A stretch of DNA of 64,000 bases. Source: a virus (Duplodnaviria; Caudoviricetes). Within the stretch, counting starts at the first letter, position 1. Each line of letters starts with the position of its first letter. The position numbers were made by a program, and so were the translations under genes. Under the pieces are notes generated by a model, which was not told where the DNA came from, made no database searches, and worked only from the letters and a program-made list of their open reading frames with translations. Of this stretch, positions 31,206 through 41,064 are shown piece by piece. Location: IMG/VR virus record IMGVR_UViG_2639762779_000001, positions 76,320-140,319 of that record, one strand, 5' to 3'.

Positions 31206-31919
31206 ATGCCAGCCAACCGATCAGAACAAGCAAGACAACGCCACCGCAACATCGGCGGAACATTCGCAAAAGAGCTGGACGATATCGGATTCCCCGGCTC
31301 CGACACCCTTTCAAAATATGAACAGAAACACCTCCAAGAACAAGAGAAAACAACCCAATCCCCCACTCACGCCGACGATATAACGCCCATATCACTGCCA
31401 GAAGGTTGGGCCGAACAACCAGCCAGCCACAATGGAGCCATCAACGGTTACGGGAATTCCTCAAGCACCATAAGGCGATTCAACGGGCCGGATGGCAGCA
31501 GCCTGACCGTAGAGCACAAGGCCGGTTACGAAAAAGACTACGGAGAATACGACGAACAGTACGTCACCTATCAAGCCGGGCCGGTAACAATCAAACGTAT
31601 TCTTCCACCGATAAGCCAAACAGATGTCAGCGAACTGGTTCGCACCGGCGAACGACTCGAACAATATCGGGCAATGCTCAACAATCAGCCGGAATCTGAG
31701 TATGCGGCACCGGTCATTGGCTTGGAGGCTTTAACCTCGGAAACCGGTTTCACCTGCATACGCCCCGAATATGGGGAACCACCAAAGGAACCATATCTGC
31801 CATGGAACCGCAATGCCTGGCTGCGGGCGCGCGAAGCGGAAAGTCAAGCCAGAGTGGACGGGTTGGTGGATATTCCTCCGCTTTGGGACGGTGATAAGCA
31901 GGTTTCCGAAAACCAGTAG
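31206..31919 (+). CDS. hypothetical protein with N-terminal RNxxGTFAxE motif
   Basis: GAAGGA RBS; 237 aa. Confidence 0.75.
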   Translation: MPANRSEQARQRHRNIGGTFAKELDDIGFPGSDTLSKYEQKHLQEQEKTTQSPTHADDITPISLPEGWAEQPASHNGAINGYGNSSSTIRRFNGPDGSSLTVEHKAGYEKDYGEYDEQYVTYQAGPVTIKRILPPISQTDVSELVRTGERLEQYRAMLNNQPESEYAAPVIGLEALTSETGFTCIRPEYGEPPKEPYLPWNRNAWLRAREAESQARVDGLVDIPPLWDGDKQVSENQ

Positions 31920-31932
31920 GGAAGGAACGATA

Positions 31933-32778
31933 ATGGTTGACCAAAAGAAATCAGCACAAGCCAAACAGCAGCTCCGCAACTCCGACGGTACTTATGCCAA
32001 TGAAGGGAAATCCAGTGGAATGCCGACCGGTGATATTCTCAACCGGTTCGCACAGCACAGCCAGCCCAATACTGGCGGAGCACCCGTCGAAACCTATGAG
32101 CAGGGCGAGAAACGTATGCAGGAGCTGGATCAGAAGCTTATTGACATTGCCCGCAAAGAATATGAGGAACGTAAGTTCGGTCCAGACGATGAAGGCTACC
32201 GAGTGGAATCCGGCCTGTACGTCAGCCGTGAGGAGTTCGAGAAGCTGCCTGAATTGGATCGCAACCGGTACATCGCATGGGGTAACGATTGCGTGGATGG
32301 CAACGAGGATGCTTGGAACGACCCACAGCAAATGTCCGAACTTGCCAGTGAGGCCGCTGAAGACGGTGATGCCGAAGTGTATCTCACCAATCCGGAACTC
32401 ACCTACACGGATGACATGGACTACTCGTTCGGCGAGTATTTGGAGTCCAAGGGTTGTGACCCGCAGTCGGCTGAGGAAGGCGCGAACATGGCTCTCCAAG
32501 GCCACCCCGATTTGGAATTGACCGGCAACACGTATCCACAGGTGTGGCCAACCGACACCGATAACAACCATCGTCGCGCGAAACTCTTCTACCTAGGTGG
32601 CAGCAAAGGATGGCGAGTCACCTTCTCAGACGGTCGCGGAGACGTGAACAACACCGTCATCGACTATAAGAAAAGCGACATGGGCAGCGACTACTACGAT
32701 CAGACCAACACCGCACGAGAAGCATTCAAGACCGCATTCGACTGGGTCGACGGCGGAAACAAAAAGAAGAAGCACTGA
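31933..32778 (+). CDS. acidic hypothetical protein with N-terminal RNxxGTYAxE motif
   Basis: GAAGGA RBS before ATG 31933. Confidence 0.8.
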   Translation: MVDQKKSAQAKQQLRNSDGTYANEGKSSGMPTGDILNRFAQHSQPNTGGAPVETYEQGEKRMQELDQKLIDIARKEYEERKFGPDDEGYRVESGLYVSREEFEKLPELDRNRYIAWGNDCVDGNEDAWNDPQQMSELASEAAEDGDAEVYLTNPELTYTDDMDYSFGEYLESKGCDPQSAEEGANMALQGHPDLELTGNTYPQVWPTDTDNNHRRAKLFYLGGSKGWRVTFSDGRGDVNNTVIDYKKSDMGSDYYDQTNTAREAFKTAFDWVDGGNKKKKH

Positions 32779-32883
32779 CATTCATGGGTTCTTGGCCCGT
32801 ATTTCTTCCGAAAGAAGTCCACGCCAAGAACCCGGTCTGCCTTTGCCAATATCTTGGGGAATATGCCTGATATTTCCGTCAAC

Positions 32884-34197
32884 TTACCGCGATGACGAGC
32901 ATCGCGGCTTGGACGTGAGTGTTGTTCCCATGACTCTGCCCTGACCTGTTGGGGTCGGGAGGTCATCATGGGCGCTCCATCCATCATGGTCGGTTGACTG
33001 CGACCTGTCCACGGGTCTATCCGTGGATGTGTGTTCCTCTTCCGCAAGGCTGGACAACGCTCTGTCCCTGATGTTCATTGCGGCGTTGTGGTCGGCGTTG
33101 TCCGACCATCCGCAGCGGCGGCAGTCGAATCTTGCGCCGTTCCGGTTGCGGGCGTCCACGTATCCGCAGCGGTTGCAGCGTTGGCTGGTATAGCTTGGAT
33201 CAACCATGAGGATGCGTATGCCGTTGCGTGCCGCTTTGTATGCGGTGAACTCCTGCAACTGGCTGAACGACCATTGGTTGAGCATGTTGCGGCGTCTCGC
33301 CCCGGTCTTCGTGCGTTTGGATGCCTGCCTGCGGATGTACGTGAGGTCTTCGAACGCTATCGCTTGGACGCCTTGCGTGTTGACGAGTCGTTTGGATGCC
33401 TGATGGTTGACGTCACGGATGAACCGCTCTTCCCGCTGTTTCATCGCCTTCAGCCGGCGGTGCGCCGAACAGGTGCCTTTTTCCTGCAACGTCTTCCTGT
33501 TGTGTGCGTAGCGTCTTTTCGCTCCTTGGACTCGCGCGTATGGTGCTTCACCTCCCCTCGAATCCATGTAGAGGCTGTGTTGTCCCAAATCCACGCCAAG
33601 CACGTCCCCGTCCGCAAGCGGCTGCGGGTCGGATATTCGGTAGATAAGCGCTATGCGGGTGTCCTCGGGCTTGTCGCCGAGCAGGAGCTTCGCCGCGTTG
33701 GGCTTCCCCTCGGGGTATCGCGCGGTGAACCATTCCGGCAGGTCGGGGAGCAGGAGCCTGACCCGTTTCTCCCCGTGCGCGACGCTGAGCGTGAGCAGGT
33801 TGCCGCGTAGGCTCATGACCCTCATGTCGTAATTGATGGTCAGCGCCTTGCGGGAGGCTTTCATGTTCCAGCGCCGTTTCGGGTGGTTCGAGTTCCATGA
33901 GCGCATCGCACCGGCCGCGTCCCTCATGGCGATGCACGCGAACTGAGCGGGAAGCGTCGGATGCCGGTCGCGCAGCCGCCGGTAGTTCTCCTTCTGTATG
34001 CGCGTGCGGTTCACGGTTTTGTTGGAGTCGCACCATGAGATGAGCGACGACCACATGCGGTTGTATTCCTCCGCAGACCGCCTGATGGGGTCGTACTGTT
34101 CACGGGTCAATGGCAACGGAAGCACGATGGTGCGCTGCTGGGTGGAGGACGAAACCCTCTCCCGGCGTTGCGCCGTCTTGCTTTTCCTTACTGCCAT
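32884..34197 (-). CDS. tnpB: TnpB RNA-guided endonuclease
   Basis: GVDLG, AFEDL, NADHNAA RuvC motifs; TSQRCNRCG...CRRCG zinc finger. Confidence 0.93.
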   Translation of the reverse strand: MAVRKSKTAQRRERVSSSTQQRTIVLPLPLTREQYDPIRRSAEEYNRMWSSLISWCDSNKTVNRTRIQKENYRRLRDRHPTLPAQFACIAMRDAAGAMRSWNSNHPKRRWNMKASRKALTINYDMRVMSLRGNLLTLSVAHGEKRVRLLLPDLPEWFTARYPEGKPNAAKLLLGDKPEDTRIALIYRISDPQPLADGDVLGVDLGQHSLYMDSRGGEAPYARVQGAKRRYAHNRKTLQEKGTCSAHRRLKAMKQREERFIRDVNHQASKRLVNTQGVQAIAFEDLTYIRRQASKRTKTGARRRNMLNQWSFSQLQEFTAYKAARNGIRILMVDPSYTSQRCNRCGYVDARNRNGARFDCRRCGWSDNADHNAAMNIRDRALSSLAEEEHTSTDRPVDRSQSTDHDGWSAHDDLPTPTGQGRVMGTTLTSKPRCSSSR

Positions 34198-34220
34198 ACT
34201 TAAATGATAACATGGTTTTC

Positions 34221-34625
34221 ATGAGAATGATGAAAAACAGTCATCAAGTCTATGAACTCGGATACCACATCATCTTCTGCACCAAATACCGGCACAAGGT
34301 GCTCGACGGCGACGTGGCCGTGGCATGCCGCAACAGCATCGCCGAAACCTGCGCCGCATACGGATGGGGATTGGAGGAGATAGAGGTCATGCCCGACCAT
34401 GTGCACATGTTCGTCACCGCATCACCGCAGACCGCGCCGGCGGAAATCGCGCGAACGGTGAAAAGCATCAGCGCCGTCCGCATATTCACCCAATTCCCGA
34501 AACTCAAGGGACGAAAATTCTGGGGAAGCGGACTATGGTCACCCAGCACCTATTTCGGCAGTGTCGGACACATCAGCGAGGAAACCGTCAGACGATACAT
34601 CCAAACACAGAAGGAAAGAACATGA
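34221..34625 (+). CDS. tnpA: IS200/IS605 Y1 transposase
   Basis: YHIIFCTKYR, MPDHVHM (HUH), LWSPS.Y, YIQTQ. Confidence 0.95.
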   Translation: MRMMKNSHQVYELGYHIIFCTKYRHKVLDGDVAVACRNSIAETCAAYGWGLEEIEVMPDHVHMFVTASPQTAPAEIARTVKSISAVRIFTQFPKLKGRKFWGSGLWSPSTYFGSVGHISEETVRRYIQTQKERT

Positions 34626-35017
34626 CGGCGATTCCTCCCCGCCCACAAGAGGCGGAGAATCCTCGCCCAAACCTCTTGAACTGCACGAGACTCGATTCGA
34701 ACGTAATCGAAATCGAGTTTGATGATGGTCTGCTGCATTACCGTTTGAATCTGTCTCCGAATGCTGCACATACGCTGCTTACGCTTATCGACAGCGTGCT
34801 TAAGGAACCATCCGCGAACAAACTAGAGAGAATAGAAGACCTGCGATTCGATGTTTGGGACGATGGAGGAAATCGTTATGGCATCAGGGTATCAAACCAC
34901 GGTGCAAGCATAACCGGCCGTGTATCGGCAATCGAATTGGATACATTCGCGGACAAGCTGGAACAATTCGAATTCGGCGTACAGACGGGAGTCGGCCTCA
35001 GCAAGCCAGAAGAATAG
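34622..35017 (+). CDS. hypothetical protein; native N-terminus (32863-32877) separated by the IS
   Basis: Frame continues from an IS-internal ATG overlapping the tnpA stop. Confidence 0.6.
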   Translation: MTAIPPRPQEAENPRPNLLNCTRLDSNVIEIEFDDGLLHYRLNLSPNAAHTLLTLIDSVLKEPSANKLERIEDLRFDVWDDGGNRYGIRVSNHGASITGRVSAIELDTFADKLEQFEFGVQTGVGLSKPEE

Positions 35018-35077
35018 AACAATGTGGCCAGTCTTCCTTGATCCCGTACAAGACAGATAGGCCACATTGCAATGCAA

Positions 35078-35521
35078 TCAGTCCTGATTCTTTTGGAGCC
35101 AATCGACTAGACCAGCAGCGGTCAGATCAGACAGCCTTCTATTGGTTCTCAATTGTCGCGCAACTTCATAGTCGTGAAGAAAATCGCTGATTTCGGACAT
35201 GGTCCAATCCTCGTTTCTCAAATGGCGTTTCAATCGTTCCAAAGGCCAGTAAATGCGATGAGCCTCCAACATCAGCTCTTCAGCGTCTCTTCTACCTGTA
35301 TCCCATTCAAAGACGAGAAGATTGATTGCCTTCTGCCTGTCAATACCTAATTCAGCGAATACACGAGCAACATGCTTCCTTTCCTGTTTCCGTTCGAAAG
35401 CTAACGCCTGATTGACTTCCTCATTGACATTGTCTATTGCATTATCTCGGGCCGCATCTAATGCGACTGAACCTATTTGACTAATGGTGTCTACGATTAG
35501 ATTTTTGTCTACCACTGTCAT
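35078..35521 (-). CDS. hypothetical protein coupled to MmeI-like gene
   Basis: GAGG RBS, ATGA overlap; lower GC. Confidence 0.7.
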   Translation of the reverse strand: MTVVDKNLIVDTISQIGSVALDAARDNAIDNVNEEVNQALAFERKQERKHVARVFAELGIDRQKAINLLVFEWDTGRRDAEELMLEAHRIYWPLERLKRHLRNEDWTMSEISDFLHDYEVARQLRTNRRLSDLTAAGLVDWLQKNQD

Positions 35522-38313
35522 ACCTCACTGCTACCTGTCATACGCGTGTATGACTTAAACAACACTTGCAGACGCGCATCGTCATCGTCCTTCAGCCATT
35601 TCCTCGCACCGAACGCCCTGTCCGCGATCTTGTCCAGTTCCCGGTGCGCGGCGCGCAGGTCGGTCGGCATGTAGTCGGGATCGTACAGGTCGGCCAAAGA
35701 CTGGCCGGGATGGTTTTCGCGCGCCGCCAATACACCCTCGCCGGCCGCGATCAGCGCCGCACGGGTGTCTTCGTCGAGTGCGGGCAGGGGCAGGTTGTTC
35801 CACACGACCGTATTGCTGAACCGGTAGTCGGATTTCAATCGACCGCCGACCGCCGCCTGCCAGACGATGAACATGCGTGATTCGATGATTGCGAACGCGA
35901 GCCCGGTCGGATCGGGACTGGTGTAGCAAAGGTCGCTCACGATCACATCGGGATCCAATGACATGCAGGTGGCATACATGCGACGACCACTGAATACTTT
36001 GGGAAGACAGAGAAAGCGGCTTGCCGGCTGGTGGTCTTCATCGAACAGCCATGGAGTCACGGCTTTCTCCCTGGTGGGGGCCTTCTTGGATGCGAGCCTC
36101 ATATCCTTGACTGCGTCCACGCGGCGGCGGAGGAATGCGGATTTTCTGATTTCGGAGGGTTCGATTCCGTGCATCCACAGGCACCAGCGGTCTATCCCGT
36201 TGATGAGCTCCCGGGATCCGCGGAACGGACGCACGTATTTGGCCGCGATCGGGTCGGACATCGCCTCCTCGTATGTTTCCTGGTCATCGAGTATAAGATT
36301 GCCGCCATCCGTAGGCTGGGACCCTCGCCCCGCGGCAGAAAGTTCCGGGCTGAGTACCTTCATCCGCTTCTCCACGAACACGTTAGGAGCGTCGAGCAGG
36401 TACCCGTTGATGTTCGATACGGTCCTGGTGTCCGGGTCGCCGTCGATGTCCTTGTATTCGAACAGGACGGGCGCCGGCCTCGGTGCCTTGTCCATGCCGA
36501 TGATGACCACATGCACGTGCGCGTTGTCCGTGGACTGGGCGTCCCAGGCGAACGTGCGGTGCGCGAACCTGATCCGCCATCCCTCTTGGAACAGGGGACG
36601 GAACAGGCTGGGCACGGGCTGGCCCTGGCTGATGCTGTTCGTGGACACGAACGCGAACGCGGCATCCGGTTTGGTCAGGTATTCGCCGGCCTTGCGATGC
36701 CAGCCGGTCGCGTAGTCCAGATACCCGTCATAATCCTTGCCCCATACAAGCTTCATGTCCTCCTTCTGTCCGGCGTTCATGAGGTATTGTCCGATGAACG
36801 GCGGATTGCCCATCACGTAATCGCACTCGGTGCCGGACAGCAGCTGGTTCCAGTCGAGTCTGAGCGCGTTGCCTTCGATGATGTGCGCGGCGTCTTTGAA
36901 CGGGAGCCGGTTGGCTTCGGTTCCCTGGATGATGCTGGCCGTATCCGAAATGGACTGCTGTTCCGCGATCCAGAGCGCGGTGCGGGCGACCGCGCACGCG
37001 AACCCGTTGATTTCGATGCCGTGGAAATGGCCGATGCTCACCCGGATCGGGTTGATGTCGTCGCCGAGGTCGAGGGCGAGCTGACCGTCCTTGTCCAAGT
37101 CGGCGAGGATCCGGTTCTCCAGACGGCGCAGTTCCAGGTAGGTTTCGGTCAGGAAGTTGCCGGAACCGCAGGCGGGGTCGAGGAACCGGAGGCCGGCGAT
37201 CCTGTCGTGCAGCTTGTTGAGCGCGTTGGTGCGGGCCCCGCCCGCGACCGGTTTCGTCTCGGCCTCCTCGAGCTCGGCTTTCAGATCGTCGAGGAACAAC
37301 GGGTCGATGAGCCTGTGGATGTTTTTGACGGTCGTGTAGTGCATGCCGCCCCTGCGTCGTTCGTCATGGCTGAGCGTCTCCTCCATGAGGGAACCGAAGA
37401 TGACGGGGCTGATGCCGCTCCAGTCGAAGCCTTCGCTGATCTCCAACAGGGCGTCACGCAGTTCCTCGGTTAAAGGTGGTACGTCAATTTGTTCGGCGAA
37501 CAGGCCGCCGTCCACGTAGGGGAACACTTTCAACGATTCCGGCAGGTAACGGCGCCGTTTCTCGATTGGTGTGTCCAACACTTCGAACAGGTCGTACAGG
37601 TCTTCGCCCAGACGTTCGGGCGTGGATGCCGCCACATAGTCGCGGAGCGCGTCCGGTTTGAACAGGTTCGCGTCCTCCGCATACAGACAGAACACGAGAC
37701 GCACGGTCAGCATCGCCAGCGCATCATGCTCCGCCGGATCATCCGGGTTCTTGAAGCATTTCGCCAGGGAATCATGGAGCTTGGCGACTCGTTGGCCAGC
37801 TTTGACGGACAGTTTCTCCTGTTGGACGACGCGGGAGTTTTCATGGGCGAACAGGCGGCTTATCTCGTTGATATGATTCGGCAGGTCGGCAAGCGTGAAC
37901 TCCGATTGCGGGGTGCGGGCCAACGGGTCGGCTTCCAGATCGTAGAGGCGGAACAATCCGAAATTGCAGGTGATGAGCACGGACGGGCGTTCCGATGGCG
38001 GCAGGCTGTCGGAATACCGTTTCGCCTGTTCCACCGGGGTGACCATGGTTCCCTGACGTGGTTCCGGCCTGTCCAAATCCACGTCGAGGCTCTTCTGCTC
38101 GACGAGCACACGGGCTTGGATCATGAGCGCGTCGATGAACCCGTCCAATGCGGTGCGCCGTTCGAACCAGAGCGTCTGTCTGTCGCTCGTGTTCGGGATG
38201 AGCAGCACCTTGTCCAGCAGGTCACGCCAGTACTGTTGGGTGTCGGATTTCTCGTCGCCGCGTCCCGCCCATGTTTCGGCGAACCGGGCCGCCCTGCTCT
38301 TCAGATCATCCAT
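35518..38313 (-). CDS. MmeI-family type IIL restriction-modification enzyme, copy 1 (intact)
   Basis: ID...VEQKS nuclease motif; GMHYT, LDPACGSGNFL, GNPPF; C-terminal TRD. Confidence 0.93.
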   Translation of the reverse strand: MDDLKSRAARFAETWAGRGDEKSDTQQYWRDLLDKVLLIPNTSDRQTLWFERRTALDGFIDALMIQARVLVEQKSLDVDLDRPEPRQGTMVTPVEQAKRYSDSLPPSERPSVLITCNFGLFRLYDLEADPLARTPQSEFTLADLPNHINEISRLFAHENSRVVQQEKLSVKAGQRVAKLHDSLAKCFKNPDDPAEHDALAMLTVRLVFCLYAEDANLFKPDALRDYVAASTPERLGEDLYDLFEVLDTPIEKRRRYLPESLKVFPYVDGGLFAEQIDVPPLTEELRDALLEISEGFDWSGISPVIFGSLMEETLSHDERRRGGMHYTTVKNIHRLIDPLFLDDLKAELEEAETKPVAGGARTNALNKLHDRIAGLRFLDPACGSGNFLTETYLELRRLENRILADLDKDGQLALDLGDDINPIRVSIGHFHGIEINGFACAVARTALWIAEQQSISDTASIIQGTEANRLPFKDAAHIIEGNALRLDWNQLLSGTECDYVMGNPPFIGQYLMNAGQKEDMKLVWGKDYDGYLDYATGWHRKAGEYLTKPDAAFAFVSTNSISQGQPVPSLFRPLFQEGWRIRFAHRTFAWDAQSTDNAHVHVVIIGMDKAPRPAPVLFEYKDIDGDPDTRTVSNINGYLLDAPNVFVEKRMKVLSPELSAAGRGSQPTDGGNLILDDQETYEEAMSDPIAAKYVRPFRGSRELINGIDRWCLWMHGIEPSEIRKSAFLRRRVDAVKDMRLASKKAPTREKAVTPWLFDEDHQPASRFLCLPKVFSGRRMYATCMSLDPDVIVSDLCYTSPDPTGLAFAIIESRMFIVWQAAVGGRLKSDYRFSNTVVWNNLPLPALDEDTRAALIAAGEGVLAARENHPGQSLADLYDPDYMPTDLRAAHRELDKIADRAFGARKWLKDDDDARLQVLFKSYTRMTGSSEV

Positions 38314-38929
38314 GATCCCCAATGGTATCCGGTTTCCCGCATGCCGGTCGGATATCGGCCACATCATGCGGCGTGATCGTCCATAGGCAGGCCTGGATCC
38401 ACCGGTCCGGCAGATGCGCAGGGTCCACTATCGCGTTCTCCCTATACTGGAACCGTTTCTTTTCGGCCGGATCGTCCCAATGCTCGTCCAGCCACCGGTC
38501 GTACTCGGCGGGCGGCCATGTGTCGGCGTCCAACGGGGCGCACGGCCACCGGCTGATGACGCAATGGTACTGGTCGAAATCCGTGCACAGCACACGGCTC
38601 TCATCGACCCGCAGATGCAGGAGCTCCAATCCGTCGTACTGGTTGCGGAAGCCGGGATACCGGCGGTCGGGACGCGTATGCGCCCTGCCTTTCGAATCGA
38701 CCCAGCGGGCCCACGCCCACAACGGCGCCGCATCCGGGTTCGGACACGGCATGCCCTGGTGCTCCATTTCGCCCATCATCCACCGGTAGGCGGGCGAAAT
38801 CGTGTTCCACCAGTCCTCATCCCCGTCGTCGGCGATGGCCTGCCGGCGTGCGGCCGACCATGAGGGCGTGTACGAGCCGAACCGGTCGAAAGCGGCCCTG
38901 ACATCCGGCCACCGCTGGAACGAATACAA
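38306..38929 (-). CDS. DUF3841-like protein
   Basis: AYRWM..M...PLWAW...VL.TDFD.YH...IQACLW. Confidence 0.7.
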   Translation of the reverse strand: MYSFQRWPDVRAAFDRFGSYTPSWSAARRQAIADDGDEDWWNTISPAYRWMMGEMEHQGMPCPNPDAAPLWAWARWVDSKGRAHTRPDRRYPGFRNQYDGLELLHLRVDESRVLCTDFDQYHCVISRWPCAPLDADTWPPAEYDRWLDEHWDDPAEKKRFQYRENAIVDPAHLPDRWIQACLWTITPHDVADIRPACGKPDTIGDHG

Positions 38930-39035
38930 ATCGATCAGAATCAGGCTCCGTTTCCGTCAAGCTTCGGGGAATCAGAATCCCCAGTGCCCCTCACGTCCGG
39001 GACCCTTCGTTTCGAAGCGGTTGACATCCATGATC

Positions 39036-39239
39036 CTACCGCCGTTCCGGCCGGCGCGAACCATCCGATTCGAACAGGGCGAGCTGCCCGATCGCGTTGC
39101 CCGTGTTGTTCAACGCGCCGTTCAGCAGGCGGATCCGCTCCCCCGTATCCTTGGTTTCGAGCGCGAGCCGCAGCTGGTCGATGGCCGCGTTCACCTGATT
39201 GCGGTACGTGTAATCATCATTCGCGGATGATGCCGTCAT
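39036..39239 (-). CDS. small helical hypothetical protein
   Basis: GGAAGG RBS before ATG 39239. Confidence 0.6.
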   Translation of the reverse strand: MTASSANDDYTYRNQVNAAIDQLRLALETKDTGERIRLLNGALNNTGNAIGQLALFESDGSRRPERR

Positions 39240-39280
39240 GCCGTCTGCCTTCCTTTTGTCCTTGGGGCTGATATGCGTTT

Positions 39281-39832
39281 TCAGCGGATCAGTTCCAGAA
39301 GCCCTCGGTTCTCGTTCCTGCCGAACCGGTGCAGTCTCGAATACTCCTTGAGCGCGTGTTCGAGGCGGCCGGGCTCGGCCCAGTATCGTTCCAGCCATGC
39401 GCGGCTCTTCACCTGTTTCAATCCGAGGGTCTGCTTGCAGTAGTCGGATGGTTTCGCCCGTTTGGAGCCGTTCGTGTATTTGCCGTACATGCCCTCGTTG
39501 ATGATGACCAGCATTTCGATTTCGGGATGGGTTCGCAGGTTCACGACCTCGGCCGCATGTTCGTACCCTCGGGGTACGCGCAGTACATCCGAGTCCGAAT
39601 CAACTATTCGGACGATGAGCAATGGATGTTCGCCGTATGACATGTTGAGGAACCGGTCGAGCATCTGTTTTGATTCCTTGCGCGTGAAGTACCATGTTCC
39701 GCGCAGCTGGTTGGGCACGATAAAATCGGCCGGTATTGTCAGTTCCCCTCGTTCGATGAGGGTCGTGAGTATGTACTGTTCGGCCACGCCCTCGCAGACG
39801 AACAGCACGTACTGGCCTTCCGCGTTAAGCAT
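39281..39832 (-). CDS. RloB/TOPRIM-like protein
   Basis: hhhhCEGxxE and VDSD motifs, HPEIEMLVII; coupled to ATPase. Confidence 0.65.
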   Translation of the reverse strand: MLNAEGQYVLFVCEGVAEQYILTTLIERGELTIPADFIVPNQLRGTWYFTRKESKQMLDRFLNMSYGEHPLLIVRIVDSDSDVLRVPRGYEHAAEVVNLRTHPEIEMLVIINEGMYGKYTNGSKRAKPSDYCKQTLGLKQVKSRAWLERYWAEPGRLEHALKEYSRLHRFGRNENRGLLELIR

Positions 39833-41006
39833 GCACGTACCTTTCCGCATAATCCTGGAGGGCGCGGACGGCCGCGTATGAGGGCGCGGTGCCGGGCACC
39901 CGGTTGGCGAAGAAGGAAACGCTCTTCTTCAAATCGGTGCGGCCCAGGTATGCGCCCAGATTCCGGAGGGCGAAGCCTTTTCCATCGCGGACGGCGAACC
40001 ATATCGAATCCTTGCGGGTGAAATGATCCAGCAGCTCCGGATAGTGGGTGGAGAACAGGAGCGTGGCCCCATGCGGGTTCGTGACCGGGGAGGCGAACAG
40101 GTCCATGATGGTGAATACGAGCTGCTTGTTGATGCTGTTCTCCAGTTCGTCCACAATCAGATAGCCGCCCGCGCGCAGTGTCTCCAATGCTCGGCCGACC
40201 AGTGCGCCGCCTCTCAGGGTACCGGACGAGACCATGTTGACCAGCGAGTTCGGGGTGACCTCCCGCTCCTCCCCCTCATTGCGGAATTTCAGATGGATTC
40301 CGTCCTTGTCGTAGTCGAGGCGTTCGATGCTGGCATCGAACAGCGTCACGACGGGGCGGGCCGGGCTGACGGTGAGCGTCGGGGACACCGGCAGTAGTTC
40401 GGTTACGATGTCGGTGTCCTTGACGAAGGCCCCGCAAATACTCCGGTCGGGCGGCAGATACCGTTTCGCGTCGGCGGACAGTTCGCCGCGGACGCCGGGC
40501 CTGCCCACGTTGCGGGATGAGAGCACGGTCCACCGTTCCGAATCCAACGTGCCGTTCATGGCGGAGGCAAGCATTTTCTTGCTGAGCTTGCCATGGTGGA
40601 TGCTCAGGGTCTCGCGGATGAACCTCAACGGCGTGCGACCCTCGCCTGTCCGCTCGAGCAGGCTGTCGATGAAATGGAAGCGGCCGTCCTGTTCGAACAG
40701 CGCGCGCACCCCGATCCGGTCGTCCATGGTGTCGTACAAGGGGAACAGGTCGGGGTTCAGCGAACCCAGCGACATGCCGCCGGCGACGGCGAGGGCAAGT
40801 TCGGCGACCCTCAATGCGGTGGTTTTGCCCGATGCGTTGATGCCGGCGATGCCGATGACCGTATTGACGCTGATGTTGCGGGCCGCGCCGTCGAGCATGT
40901 GGGTGTATCCGGGTTCCCTTACGGCGTCGATGGCGTACAGATCCATCCTGCATTCATGGTTTTCATACAGACGCAGGCCGCTGATGGCATAGCTCAACAA
41001 CCTCAT
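39825..41006 (-). CDS. ABC-like ATPase (AAA_21/RloA type)
   Basis: GINASGKTT, SSGT signature, IVDELE, FSTHYPE. Confidence 0.9.
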   Translation of the reverse strand: MRLLSYAISGLRLYENHECRMDLYAIDAVREPGYTHMLDGAARNISVNTVIGIAGINASGKTTALRVAELALAVAGGMSLGSLNPDLFPLYDTMDDRIGVRALFEQDGRFHFIDSLLERTGEGRTPLRFIRETLSIHHGKLSKKMLASAMNGTLDSERWTVLSSRNVGRPGVRGELSADAKRYLPPDRSICGAFVKDTDIVTELLPVSPTLTVSPARPVVTLFDASIERLDYDKDGIHLKFRNEGEEREVTPNSLVNMVSSGTLRGGALVGRALETLRAGGYLIVDELENSINKQLVFTIMDLFASPVTNPHGATLLFSTHYPELLDHFTRKDSIWFAVRDGKGFALRNLGAYLGRTDLKKSVSFFANRVPGTAPSYAAVRALQDYAERYVHA

Positions 41007-41064
41007 GTTTTCTCCCCTGTAAACGTTTTTTCCGTATACATAGAATATCATCGGAGCGGGACCG

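Larger units (their letters stand above)
32878..34675 (-). mobile_element. IS605-type element (divergent tnpA/tnpB)
   Basis: RE hairpin CCGCGATG/CATCGCGG ending TTGAC; LE hairpin 34626-34667; excision restores ORF MPDISLNCTRL... Confidence 0.88.

Noticed and set aside
35518-38313. BREX PglX or DISARM methylase
   Set aside because: No other BREX/DISARM genes nearby; MmeI-type nuclease motif present
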